This document shows positions 1 through 9,921 of a stretch of 64,000 bases of DNA, in pieces; positions within the stretch are counted from its first letter, which is position 1; the number at the start of each line of letters is the position of its first letter. The notes beneath the pieces are model-generated. The model was not told where the DNA came from and ran no database searches. It saw nothing but the letters and a program-made list of their open reading frames with translations. The position numbers were made by a program, and so were the translations under genes. The stretch comes from a virus: positions 1 through 64,000 of the IMG/VR virus record IMGVR_UViG_3300031669_000016. One strand, written 5' to 3'.

Positions 1-176
1 GGGTGGGTCCGAGTTCTACAGCAGTAGCGACCTCCCGTTCTAGCCTGTTTGATCCATTTCGATGGCATCCCACGGCGACGATTGCCGTGGGGTTTGTTGT
101 CAACATCATCCCATTTCCTGCCATATGGCCAACAGTAATCTATACGAGGTGAGTTGTGTCAAGGAGGCTGGCCTAG

Positions 177-2228
177 GTGTTTGAGGATGCCGGCAGCCGC
201 GGTGTTGAACTGTCACCGCGGGGCGTAGCCATTGTCCTCGCGCGCGACGAAGGCGGTTCTGGTATAGGAGAGGTCCGCCTCATCGAACAGCCCGCGATGC
301 TGGAACACTTCTCCGCAGTACTCCAGTCGAATCCCTACGGTATCGGTGGTAGTGAGGGACGGCTCGGTCTGACGATGCAGGATATCAAGGGCTTAGGCGC
401 ACCACTACGTGAACTCGTCACACCCGCCCCGACTGATCGAGCAACCATTCTGCGCCGCATCCACGAAGCGGCACGAGACTTCTGGCTGACGCGCCTATGG
501 GCACGAAGTTGCGCCGACTTTGGATCGGCCGGTTTCGAACTGGCCTGTGCGAACGAGAAGCAGAAGGAGTTCTGCGACCAGCTCGCGGAGCACTTGAATT
601 GGGACCGAATCGACTACATGCTGCACTACCACATGGCACTGACCGAGTCGGTTTATGTGTGGTGGCGCTACTATCCCAGCTTGCAAAACCGCTCGGCCCT
701 GGCCCCGGATGGGCAGTACGTACCGGTTTGGATCGAGACCCTTCCACCCAGTGTCATCGGATTCACCACTACGGGCCGTGTAGGGATCTATGCGGATCGG
801 TTGCAACCACTGGCCAGCATTGCACACAAGCCTACCAATCAGCGAAGTCAAGAAGAGATTGTTTATCTCCAACAGTTTCCTTCCGATCTCATAGCGGCCG
901 CGGCGGGAAGGCGGCGCGGCAATCTGTTGTATCCCCTCGACGAACTTGACACGCGCCAGTTCGGGCACACACGGGTCGAGCACTGGTCAAAGGCGGATTG
1001 GGAACACTGGCCCGTTCCAATGCTGTACACCGTTCTTGCCGACTTGGAGTATCTCTTGATGTGCCAGGACGTCGACTATGCCGGTGCGTTCCAGATGAAA
1101 GCAGGTCTGATGATCTGGTCTGTCGGTCCCACCGAACCCAAGCCCGATGCGCCCGGCCCGAAGCGTCCGCAATTGAAAGCGCTGGAGACGATGGTGCGGA
1201 ACGCGCTCGCGGAGCGCCATACCCACATCTTCGCCGGCAACGACTTCAATGTGCGTTGGGTAGTGCCACCCATAGAGCTGTTCTCACGCGAGAAGTATGC
1301 GTCCGCGCTTCAGCGCGTCATGGATGTACTCGGCATTCCCGCCGTCTTCTATCCTGTCGGTCACGGTGCCGGCGGCCGCTCGGGCATTCCCTACGCATCC
1401 GGCTACATTTCTGTCAAGCCGTGGGCTCAGCGCATTCTGAGCAATCGGCGGATGATTCGACGGCCCACAGAGCGGGTGTTCTGGACGTTGTGCTATCTCA
1501 ATCGTGTCGGCGGCGCGTCCCCCGACCATGTCGAGGTCCACTACGATCCGAACGTATTGGTTGATGATAGGATCCGCCTCTCACAAGTCCAATTCGAGAC
1601 GCAACAGGGCATTGTCTCGAACCGTACCGCGCTGGAATCGTTGGGACGAAACTACGAGGCCGAACTCCAGCAAAAGCGGGATGAGATCGAACTGGCCAAG
1701 AAAGAACCCGCGCTTTTCACTCCCCACTACATACCAACCAAGGGGATTGCGGGCACACAACTGCCGGGTCAGGGCGGTCCCACCAACCCCGGCGCGGGAA
1801 GGCCTCAGACACAAGAAGTGGTCGCTCCCGATGACGCACAACCAAGGCCGAGCACATCAGCTATTGAACAAGCACATATCGAAGATGACATCGTCTCCGA
1901 TGACGACGATCCGCTCGGCGCGCTCGCCTTTGTCGAATGGGATCCCGAAACGTTGGATGGATTCGTAGCCGATGCGGACCCAGTAGTGGAGAGTTTCGCC
2001 GATGATGAGTTCGCAGCCAACATCGAAGTTAGCAATATGTATATACGGATACCAGTCAATACCGGTTCCTACAAGAAGCATCGGTATGGGCCCCTCAACA
2101 GTAAGGGCATCCGGCTGCTTTACGGGATCAAGGCCGATGGGACAAGTGAAGTCGCTACTGTTCTGTTCCGGACGGATCGTTGGGATATGAAGCGGGCGCG
2201 TAGCTGGATCAAGAAACACTCGTTCTGA
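177..2228 (+). CDS. probable portal protein with acidic linker and small C-terminal accessory domain
   Basis: 683 aa, AAGGAGG RBS, first gene of the head module upstream of protease/scaffold and capsid. Has a portal-like C-terminal segment (GIVSNRTALESLGRNYEAELQQKRDE). Call rests mainly on synteny. Confidence 0.65.
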   Translation: MFEDAGSRGVELSPRGVAIVLARDEGGSGIGEVRLIEQPAMLEHFSAVLQSNPYGIGGSEGRLGLTMQDIKGLGAPLRELVTPAPTDRATILRRIHEAARDFWLTRLWARSCADFGSAGFELACANEKQKEFCDQLAEHLNWDRIDYMLHYHMALTESVYVWWRYYPSLQNRSALAPDGQYVPVWIETLPPSVIGFTTTGRVGIYADRLQPLASIAHKPTNQRSQEEIVYLQQFPSDLIAAAAGRRRGNLLYPLDELDTRQFGHTRVEHWSKADWEHWPVPMLYTVLADLEYLLMCQDVDYAGAFQMKAGLMIWSVGPTEPKPDAPGPKRPQLKALETMVRNALAERHTHIFAGNDFNVRWVVPPIELFSREKYASALQRVMDVLGIPAVFYPVGHGAGGRSGIPYASGYISVKPWAQRILSNRRMIRRPTERVFWTLCYLNRVGGASPDHVEVHYDPNVLVDDRIRLSQVQFETQQGIVSNRTALESLGRNYEAELQQKRDEIELAKKEPALFTPHYIPTKGIAGTQLPGQGGPTNPGAGRPQTQEVVAPDDAQPRPSTSAIEQAHIEDDIVSDDDDPLGALAFVEWDPETLDGFVADADPVVESFADDEFAANIEVSNMYIRIPVNTGSYKKHRYGPLNSKGIRLLYGIKADGTSEVATVLFRTDRWDMKRARSWIKKHSF

Positions 2229-2236
2229 CATAGGAG

Positions 2237-4144
2237 GTGGGTTGTGTGCGATTACCAGAGAGGTTTACGGTCTGTGAACAGGTCCCGCTGAGGGCACTTG
2301 CGGCCAGTGAGGTGGCTGATCTTCCCGAGGGGACCCACTCCAGCGTTGGTGCGCAGGTCCACGTTCTGAGCGTTGGGGAACGCTCAAGGAAGGGGTGGGC
2401 ACTGGCCGATGAACGGCTTGGTGACGGCTGGCGTGGTCTACAGGGTGGCCACGTCAACATGGGTCATAATCCCGATGATGTCTACGGTTACATTCCGCGA
2501 GTCATCCGCCGTGGTTCCGATGTCCTCGCCAACCTCGCGATCTCGCGCCGTAAGTTGGAGGCGCGCAATCAGGACCCGACGCGGCTGACGACGGACATGG
2601 CCGTTTCTGTTGAATGGACATGGCTACTCGATGGCAGTGCTGTGACGAAAGGCGATAAGAAGTACACCCTGGCCGAGGCTGCCGAGGCCGGCCTTATTGA
2701 TGTTGTCCAGAATCCGACCGCAAAGCTGCCAGAGGTTATCGCCACCGATCCAGACACCACGATTTGGTGTAGTGGTGTCGAGTTCCACGATTTGGCTCTG
2801 GTTGATCTGCAGGAAGCAAATCCGGCGTTTCCATCGGCGCGGATTCTCTACGCCAGCGCTGCCGAACAGGGTCTGGATCCCTCGAAGAGCATGGAGGCGT
2901 TCCTACGCGTCGTCGAGACCGCGCTTGTCGGCAAGTACAAGACCGGAGACAGTTATCCGTACCGTATCTACACCTTCTCGGATGCTGTGGTCTGGGAGCA
3001 GGATGGGAAGTACTGGAGCGCGTCGGTGAGTACTGAGAAGGGCGGCACCGTTGTGATCGGCGAGAAGGCCGAGCTGGAGCAGCGCTTCGTCGAGGCCGCG
3101 GCGGCGGAGCGTTTGGGACGGAAAGGTGGACCGTACAAGGCCGGGCCTGGTGGTGGATGTGTCTGCCCCAAGTGTGGAGCAACGGCATCACATGATGCTG
3201 GTGAGCCTTGTACCGAAACGAAGTGTCCGAAGTGCGGAGCCATGATGGTGCGTAAGGGTGTGGACAGTAAGGCATCACTGGATCCTTCACCGTTTGTAGA
3301 TATCATCTACGGTATGGGATCGACTCCGGCGGCCAAGAAATCGGGACACAAATCCGCTCCGAAGGGGTATCCGACACAACGTTCACAGTACGCGGATCCA
3401 GCCAACTACAAATATCCACTTGATACGGAGGCTCACGCGAAGAATGCCTCAGCAAGGTTCCACTACGCGGTGAGTAGTGGGGAGTACAGCCGTGCCGAAC
3501 TCGTCTTCATGGCGAAGCGTATCGTGAGTGCGTGTCGCCGTTACGGTGTCGACGTGAGTTCTGATTCGCTTGTCGGGAAATATGCGGGACTGAAGCGTAA
3601 GTCAGGTAGTAATGCTGCCATAAACACTATTGACCCGAAAGGGGGTGAAAGCGTGGCTGAGTTGACAGAGGAGAAAGTCCGGGAAATGTGTGCCCAAGCA
3701 AAAGAGGATGGTCGACAAGAGGCCCTGAACGGGCTGCAGTCGCCCGAGTCCGAGCTCCGCAAGCAGATCGCGGATACCGCTGTCGAGGAGTTCAAGGTAA
3801 AGCAGTTGCCAGCCCTTCTGGAAGAGGCGCAGGGGAAGGGTAGGGAGGAAGTCGCGGCCCAGAACGCGGCTGTCGATGAACTCTCTGCTATCCACCCCCT
3901 GACCGATGATGAGAAGAAGGGTGTGGTTGCCGCAATGGTTGCGGGTGAGTTCAACCTCGCGATGGCTAAACTGGAGCGGGAGAACCGGAAGCTGAAAGGT
4001 GAGTTCAAGACTGATCCTCCGGCTGATCCCGAAGCTGCCAATCGTGCCGCGGCCGCTGCCGCAGTTCTCAACCCAGATGGCTCGGGTACCGGTGCTGGTG
4101 CAGATACGGAAGACCCGCCCGCCGACCCTGTGGTGATTTTTTAG
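2237..4144 (+). CDS. prohead protease/scaffold polyprotein with Zn-finger insert
   Basis: AGGAGG RBS; lies between portal and capsid. N-terminal region has HVNMGH and VSVE, resembling herpes/HK97-type protease His/Ser motifs. Also contains a CPKC...CPKC knuckle, a YADPANYKYPLDT module and an acidic coiled-coil C-terminus. Confidence 0.6.
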   Translation: MGCVRLPERFTVCEQVPLRALAASEVADLPEGTHSSVGAQVHVLSVGERSRKGWALADERLGDGWRGLQGGHVNMGHNPDDVYGYIPRVIRRGSDVLANLAISRRKLEARNQDPTRLTTDMAVSVEWTWLLDGSAVTKGDKKYTLAEAAEAGLIDVVQNPTAKLPEVIATDPDTTIWCSGVEFHDLALVDLQEANPAFPSARILYASAAEQGLDPSKSMEAFLRVVETALVGKYKTGDSYPYRIYTFSDAVVWEQDGKYWSASVSTEKGGTVVIGEKAELEQRFVEAAAAERLGRKGGPYKAGPGGGCVCPKCGATASHDAGEPCTETKCPKCGAMMVRKGVDSKASLDPSPFVDIIYGMGSTPAAKKSGHKSAPKGYPTQRSQYADPANYKYPLDTEAHAKNASARFHYAVSSGEYSRAELVFMAKRIVSACRRYGVDVSSDSLVGKYAGLKRKSGSNAAINTIDPKGGESVAELTEEKVREMCAQAKEDGRQEALNGLQSPESELRKQIADTAVEEFKVKQLPALLEEAQGKGREEVAAQNAAVDELSAIHPLTDDEKKGVVAAMVAGEFNLAMAKLERENRKLKGEFKTDPPADPEAANRAAAAAAVLNPDGSGTGAGADTEDPPADPVVIF

Positions 4145-4150
4145 GTGATG

Positions 4151-4200
4151 GTGGGGCCGCCGCTAGAAGATTGGAAACGCTGTGGTTTTGGCGGCCCCAC
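4151..4200. promoter_or_regulatory. perfect 11-bp inverted repeat (GTGGGGCCGCC...GGCGGCCCCAC) between scaffold and decoration genes
   Basis: Arms at 4151-4161 and 4190-4200 with a 28-nt loop, intergenic. Confidence 0.45.
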
Positions 4201-4229
4201 TCTAAAGTTGCTAATACATGTGAAGGGAG

Positions 4230-4733
4230 GTGTACAACTTGGCGGATCGTGATGTAAGACTGCGCCGACTTCGGGGATTCGACTTTCCAACCGACCAACT
4301 CTCGGTCTACGCGGCCGATGATGAATACTACGAAGGCACGATCTTGCACCGCAATCTCAGCGCGACCAACGAGTTGACAGCGGCCACCAACAATGCCGAG
4401 ATGTTGCTTCTGAAGCGGGTGACCGCTGCTGGTCCGACCGTGTACGAGAAGCTGACACGGACTGATGTCGGCGAGGTTGCGGTGGGCGAGAAGGTCCCTG
4501 CCGTTTTGCTGCGTGTCGGTGCGACTTTCGAGACTAAGGTCTTCGCGTCGACAGGTACGGGTGGAATCTCGGCCGGTACGGCATTGGACAGCGCCCTCGG
4601 CGTCATCGACGGCATAATCGTCCAGCAGCAGCTCGTCAGTGACGGTAGCGTCGAGTTCTTCCGTTTGAAGAACGACCTGATCGCCTCCGAGGGCATCATC
4701 GAAGTGATGGTGAGCAATCTGAGACCGGTTTAG
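4230..4733 (+). CDS. probable capsid decoration/cement protein
   Basis: About 160 aa, beta-rich, directly upstream of the major capsid gene. True start may be TTG at 4239 given the GGGAGG spacing. Confidence 0.5.
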   Translation: MYNLADRDVRLRRLRGFDFPTDQLSVYAADDEYYEGTILHRNLSATNELTAATNNAEMLLLKRVTAAGPTVYEKLTRTDVGEVAVGEKVPAVLLRVGATFETKVFASTGTGGISAGTALDSALGVIDGIIVQQQLVSDGSVEFFRLKNDLIASEGIIEVMVSNLRPV

Positions 4734-4771
4734 ACGGTTTCCATTTTACGAGAAGGAGGTGAACAAGCGAT

Positions 4772-6010
4772 ATGCCAGGTACGGATAAGGAACGCCTAGC
4801 CGCAGAACGGGTTCAGGCCCTCCTCAGCGGGCCGCGGCGTGTTGTCGCCTCGTTCAACGACGACAACTACGCGCGTGCGCGCCAGCGTCTGGAGGCACCG
4901 GCCCGGACTGATCGCGAGAAGCGTATCGAGGCCTTGAAGGTGGCATTTGCGCGTCACAACGCCCATGCCGCGGAGATCTCGGATCGTTCGCCGCTTCCCA
5001 CCGAGGTTCGTCAGCAGTTCGTCTCGCGCCTCGGCGCGCGGATGGAGGCGGATCTGTGGGGAATGCGGGTTGCCGATGTGAACCCGACCCAGTGGGGTTC
5101 GATTCTGTCCTATCGGGTCACGCAGATGAAGCTTCCGAAGGTGTACAAGATCGGAGCGCCTGGTGGGAACTTCCAGGAGATCCATGCCAATCGCGACAGC
5201 GTCTTCAGCCTTGGTGATCCCGTCATCTACACCACCCCGGAGATTCTCGTGCCGCGGTTTGATCCGCGGTTTCTTGACCGCTACATCCAGGATCTCCAGG
5301 TGCTTGCAGATGAGGCCGCTATAGCCATCAACGAGCAGGTCGACAGTGATCTGTTGACCGCGAAGGATAACCAGTTGGTGACTCCGGCGCAGGGCACACT
5401 CGTGACCAACGGGTTCGACTGGGTCTCCAGCAAGGTCAGAGGCCTGCCGACCTACAACGACGTGGACTATTCAGCCGCGTCGGGTGGATACGTAACGAAG
5501 GACATCTACATGGACCTTGCACATCGTTCCATGCTGCTGAAGCGTCGTCTGGAATGGATCGGAATGCACCCCGACACCATTATGACGCTGTGGCAGCAGA
5601 CCGATGCGGGGGCTGGGGCAACCGACTACTTCCCAGAGCTCCCGGATGTTCTTCGTGCCCGCATCTTCGAGGAAGGCGAGCGTGTCTTCACCTACATGTG
5701 GAACACGCGATTCCCGCTGCCGGACCCGACGAACAGCATCGATTGTACCGGTGATGATCGGTACTTCTGGGTCCTGATGTCTCCGTTGGATGACCGTGCG
5801 CCACGCGGGCTCGTCTGGCTCTTCACCTACCCGGAGCCGATCAACTTCGGGCCGAATGGGGCCGCCTACTTCGTGGATCAGATGCAGTACCTGCGGACGG
5901 AGGTTCGTAACGGGCAGATCTATGAGGTCTTCGTAGTGCAGAAGGCCATCCAGATCGCCTACACGGACTATCAGAAGCCGAACGTGATCCGTGCGCAGTA
6001 CGCTACGTAG
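4772..6010 (+). CDS. major capsid protein (HK97 fold, inferred)
   Basis: 412 aa, strong AAGGAGGT RBS, followed by a terminator; head-module position. Confidence 0.65.
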   Translation: MPGTDKERLAAERVQALLSGPRRVVASFNDDNYARARQRLEAPARTDREKRIEALKVAFARHNAHAAEISDRSPLPTEVRQQFVSRLGARMEADLWGMRVADVNPTQWGSILSYRVTQMKLPKVYKIGAPGGNFQEIHANRDSVFSLGDPVIYTTPEILVPRFDPRFLDRYIQDLQVLADEAAIAINEQVDSDLLTAKDNQLVTPAQGTLVTNGFDWVSSKVRGLPTYNDVDYSAASGGYVTKDIYMDLAHRSMLLKRRLEWIGMHPDTIMTLWQQTDAGAGATDYFPELPDVLRARIFEEGERVFTYMWNTRFPLPDPTNSIDCTGDDRYFWVLMSPLDDRAPRGLVWLFTYPEPINFGPNGAAYFVDQMQYLRTEVRNGQIYEVFVVQKAIQIAYTDYQKPNVIRAQYAT

Positions 6011-6033
6011 TGGGTTGGGGTTTGGGATGGTCA

Positions 6034-6068
6034 GGGGCTGGGCTGGCCCGCCAGTCCAGCCCCCTTTG
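6034..6068 (+). terminator. stem-loop terminator after capsid gene
   Basis: GGGGCTGGGCTGG-cccg-CCAGTCCAGCCCC followed by CTTTG. Confidence 0.6.
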
Positions 6069-6202
6069 CTATGAATCTTTCTGTGGGAGTGAACGAGGCC
6101 TAGATGCCATCTTTAGCCTCAAAAGACACCTCCGGCACCTTCCTCGCTGCTGAGGGTGAGACCGAGGTCATAGAGGGGCGTGCCTGGGAAACCAAGGAGC
6201 GG

Positions 6203-6751
6203 TTAGTGTTCGGTTTTGCGAATGGCGTATCGCTTGCGGGCCGTCGCGTTCCTGCATTGTTTGCACTGGGACGTGAGGGCATCGTGGGTCTGGCCGCTCC
6301 TGCCAAATTGATCCCGAGGAAGAATCTGGCGGCATTTGTTGCATTGGGCATCGCTGTCAGAGATGTACCTATCGGACACCCGGTGAGTTCGCATATGCTC
6401 CCCCTGGCTCCGAAGGAGAACGAGGTTACCCAATGTGTTGTTGAGCCTGTTCCCGTCCCTATGGTGGACTGTTTCTCCGGGGGCCAGATCCCTTCCAAGA
6501 TGTTGCGCCATGAGCCACCGGTGTTCCTTCATTTAGATACCATCGACGAAGATACATCGGTAGCCCTGGGCGTTGACATAGCCACCTTTCCACCGGTGGT
6601 TGTTCGGTCCCCTCTCGGAAAGGCCGAAACACCGCTTGCCACAAAAGCGAGAGGTCTTCGCGATGGTGCGGAGCGGATGATATGCAACACCACACTGGGC
6701 ACAGATACGTATCGTGTTGACGAGGCGACGAGTTCTCTTTTCCATAGGCAT
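6203..6751 (-). pseudogene. HNH homing endonuclease interrupted by one in-frame TAA (6533-6535)
   Basis: ORFs 6533..6751 (CAQC, FCGKRC, NHRWKGG) and 6203..6532 (EHR...VHHRDGNRLNNTLGNL, CNKC/CKQC) are contiguous in the same frame. Confidence 0.75.
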
Positions 6752-6780
6752 ATGATACCACAGTCAGAGAGATACGTCAA
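6752..6780 (-). promoter_or_regulatory. sigma70-type promoter for the antisense HNH gene
   Basis: Minus strand reads TTGACG-17 nt-TATCAT with a TG extension. ATG at 6745 would give a leaderless mRNA. Confidence 0.6.
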
Positions 6781-6819
6781 CGGGTGTTGTTCCCATTATA
6801 CCGACCGGGGGAACCATCC

Positions 6820-9708
6820 ATGTCCTCTCTAGCCCAGCGCGATACAAGCGGCACATTCACTCAGAACGTCGTTCTTGGTGAGGGGCCGGAAGCCATAACG
6901 CGGAGGACGCGGGCATTCAAGGTCTTCCCGCTTCCCGACGCCCCCGACGGCCGAAAGAGATTCAGGGTTGGCGGAAGCGTCGGCCCCATCCACTACCGCC
7001 TGAACCCCTTCTCTGCGGTCGAGCAGTACAAGGAGATCGACCTGACTATCGGCGCGGGGCGTGGGTGCGACCTGGAGATGATGGCGAACGGCTACCAGAT
7101 CCAGTGTTGGCACAGCCGGCCGAACGCGGTCAGCGCGGAAGAGCCGCTGTATGTGATGCGGTTCCTGAGGGCGGGGCACTGGGTGGAAGTCTCCCCCATC
7201 GCGCTGTACTACCAGAACGACCTCGGGCAGCGGCAGGCTGTGGGCGCGCTGAAGGGTGGCGTCAAGGCCGCGGTTGACAATGACGCCTACTCGGTGCGAT
7301 ATGCGGACGCGTTCGGGCCGGGCCTGAGCCTGCGCTATCAGCTCGTGCCCGACGAGTTCTACCCCGTCGTGGAGATAGCATCGGCGGCCGCGCTGCCAGC
7401 ACCCACGATAGACCCGCACGGCCTGCGCCTGGTCAAACTCTTCTCCATTCGCTGGGATACGGACACTGACCCCGTGGCGCTCACGCACGCGGACAAGCTG
7501 AATCCGGGCGAGCTCACCCTCGACAAGAGCAAGTTCGACAGTGCGGTGAAGGTCGAGCAGACCACCGCCTTCCCGGCTGAGGCGGTGGTGGATGTCGCCG
7601 CGAGGACAGAGCGCAGGCAGGCCTGGTGGTGGAAGCCGCCTCGGTGCTGGGATTCCTCGGAAGAAGTGCAGGACGTCCCCACCAAGTGGGAGTGGGCGGA
7701 GAATCAGGGACAGTTCGCAGTAGCGGTGAGCGTGGCGGTCGCTGACCTGGACCATGTCATCTACCCGGTATATCTTGATACGACGCCTATTGGCGAGGAG
7801 CAGGTGGGGGCACAAACAGATGATGCGGGGGCGTACGGCTCCACTTATCCGGGCACGAGTACGCTTCTCTCCCTTACCCAGTCGTACCTCTATTTTGGTG
7901 CCGGCACATCCACCTTCTACATGTTTGGGGCCCGGTTTACGACAATACCCATACCCAAGGACGCGACGATAGACTCGGCGTCGCTCTCCTTGCGCTCATA
8001 CACAAACTCCAGCGTGCAACTCGATATTACCATCGCCGCCGAAGCGGCCGACAGCGCCGTGACCTTCGATACCGTGCCAACGCACAGCGTCGTCACCGCG
8101 TACAATGCGAAGGGGGCACAGTCGGCGCAATGGGATGTCGGAACTGCCGCATGGGTTACAGATGGCTGGTATCAAAGCTCAGATATCGCCGCCGTAATAG
8201 AGGAGGTGACGGATCGGGCCGGCTGGAGTTCCGGGAATGATTTGGCGTTGATCGTATACAACACCTCATCGGATCGGCCTGGCTCCTCTGAGTATCGACG
8301 GTGCCACTCCTATGATCAGAGCGGCAACGTCTCCGGCCCTAAGTTCAATGCGAGCTACACGGAGGGGGGAGGGGCTGACGTCACAGTTTTTCCTGCCGCG
8401 CTGACTCTGACTGCCGCGGTACAGGGACCCATCCCGGTTATCACATCCTCGCCCTCGGCACTGGCCTTGACGGCCGCGCTGCCAACCCCCGAGCCGGTCG
8501 TGACCTCCACGCCCGCGGCACTCGCGCTCACCGCCGCTGTCCTGGCACCCACGGAGACCGGCACTGCCGTTGTCGAGCCATCAACGCTGGCCTTGGTGGC
8601 GGCGCTCCTCGCACCCGAGCCGACTGTTATCAGCACTCCTTCTCCGCTCGCTATATCTGCGGCGTTGGGCGCGCCTGAACCGATCATAACCATGATGCCG
8701 TCCGTACTGGCGCTGACGGCGGCGGTAGAAGCACCGGGGGTCATCGCGGGCGCGATAGTGGAACCAGCAGCAGTCCCCTTGACTGCGGCACTCCTCACAC
8801 CCGAACCAGTAGTGACGATGACTCCTGCGGCGCTGGCTCTGTCTATTGCAGTAGAGGCCCCGGAACCAACCATCATAGCCACGCCGGGCGCGCTCAGTTT
8901 GAATGCTGCCCTGGAAGCAGCCGAGCCAGTGGTCGTCACTACACCGGCCGCCCTGGTCCTGACGGGCGCGGTCGAGACACCGACCACGATAGCGGGCGCG
9001 GTTGTGGAACCGTCAGTGGTATCTCTTACCGCCACGGTCCTTGCGCCAGAACCCACCATCATCACGAGCCCAGCCTCCCTGGCCCTGACGCTCGCCCTCC
9101 TCGATCCTGAGGCGACAGTGGTGGTGACGCCTGCTGCCCTCGCGCTTGCACTCGGCATAGAGGCACCAGTACCAGTCATCATCGCCTCTGCCACGGCACT
9201 TGCCCTGACGCTTGGTCTGCCCGTGCCAGTGATCATCGCGACTACCATTGGGGATGTGATTGTGCTACCGGCGGCCCTCGCGATGACCTTGGGCCTTCTC
9301 GTCCCTGATCCACAGGTAAGTGTGCAACCCAATGCGTTGGCACTGACGGCCACACTCGAAGCTCCCGTTCCTACCATCATCATCGCGCCCGACGCGCTCG
9401 CCCTCGTTCTCAACCTGGAGACGCCAGTCGTGACTGCCGGCGCGGTTGTTCTGCCAGCCACTCTGGCGTTGACGCTGGGCCTACAGACGCCGGCATATGC
9501 GGTGATAGTGACTCCGGTGGCACTCTCGCTCACCGCAACCGTGGAGAGTCCTACGGTGACGGCCACCGCCATCGTCCTGCCAGTGGCCTTGGCATTGAGT
9601 CTTGGACTGCCATCGCCTGTCGTAGTTGTCGTCTCATCTGAATTGATGCGCCAACGTAGAACGTTGCGAATTACGGGGTCGAGGATCGGTACGAGGCAGA
9701 TACTATGA
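6820..9708 (+). CDS. large virion structural protein with about 20 hydrophobic Ala/Pro/Thr/Val/Leu repeats
   Basis: ORF 6784..9708; likely start MSSLAQRD at 6820. Central beta-sandwich-like segment (IPKDATIDSASLSL); C-terminal ~20-aa repeats of the form P-x-ALALTAA-xx-PEP. Confidence 0.6.
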   Translation: MSSLAQRDTSGTFTQNVVLGEGPEAITRRTRAFKVFPLPDAPDGRKRFRVGGSVGPIHYRLNPFSAVEQYKEIDLTIGAGRGCDLEMMANGYQIQCWHSRPNAVSAEEPLYVMRFLRAGHWVEVSPIALYYQNDLGQRQAVGALKGGVKAAVDNDAYSVRYADAFGPGLSLRYQLVPDEFYPVVEIASAAALPAPTIDPHGLRLVKLFSIRWDTDTDPVALTHADKLNPGELTLDKSKFDSAVKVEQTTAFPAEAVVDVAARTERRQAWWWKPPRCWDSSEEVQDVPTKWEWAENQGQFAVAVSVAVADLDHVIYPVYLDTTPIGEEQVGAQTDDAGAYGSTYPGTSTLLSLTQSYLYFGAGTSTFYMFGARFTTIPIPKDATIDSASLSLRSYTNSSVQLDITIAAEAADSAVTFDTVPTHSVVTAYNAKGAQSAQWDVGTAAWVTDGWYQSSDIAAVIEEVTDRAGWSSGNDLALIVYNTSSDRPGSSEYRRCHSYDQSGNVSGPKFNASYTEGGGADVTVFPAALTLTAAVQGPIPVITSSPSALALTAALPTPEPVVTSTPAALALTAAVLAPTETGTAVVEPSTLALVAALLAPEPTVISTPSPLAISAALGAPEPIITMMPSVLALTAAVEAPGVIAGAIVEPAAVPLTAALLTPEPVVTMTPAALALSIAVEAPEPTIIATPGALSLNAALEAAEPVVVTTPAALVLTGAVETPTTIAGAVVEPSVVSLTATVLAPEPTIITSPASLALTLALLDPEATVVVTPAALALALGIEAPVPVIIASATALALTLGLPVPVIIATTIGDVIVLPAALAMTLGLLVPDPQVSVQPNALALTATLEAPVPTIIIAPDALALVLNLETPVVTAGAVVLPATLALTLGLQTPAYAVIVTPVALSLTATVESPTVTATAIVLPVALALSLGLPSPVVVVVSSELMRQRRTLRITGSRIGTRQIL

Positions 9709-9905
9709 GGAAGGAACTGGTCGAAAAGGATGGGCAACTCTATCTTATTCTTGGCGACAAGGCCATCCCAGTCGAGATAGTGGATGGAACGCCACAGGTA
9801 AGTGGTGTCTGGTCCGAACAGAGACCAAACGCGCAGGGCGGGACGGACTGCATCGTCCACGTTCCCTGTCTAGATATAGTCGGCGAAGTCAAACGACCGC
9901 ACTAA
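9705..9905 (+). CDS. small hypothetical protein
   Basis: 66 aa, ATGA overlap with the upstream gene. Confidence 0.55.
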   Translation: MRKELVEKDGQLYLILGDKAIPVEIVDGTPQVSGVWSEQRPNAQGGTDCIVHVPCLDIVGEVKRPH

Positions 9906-9921
9906 AGGAGAGTGGTAGAGG

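Noticed and set aside
1-165. Leftward promoter (TTGACA at 162-157) and partial minus-strand ORF with a hairpin at 69-91
   Set aside because: No well-spaced -10 box, and the ORF is truncated by the window edge.
6104-6832. 242-aa plus-strand ORF as a real full-length protein
   Set aside because: Beyond the first ~30 codons it is the antisense of the HNH gene; only the N-terminal duplication is treated as meaningful.
8355-9860. 501-aa minus-strand ORF
   Set aside because: Antisense shadow of the repetitive structural gene.
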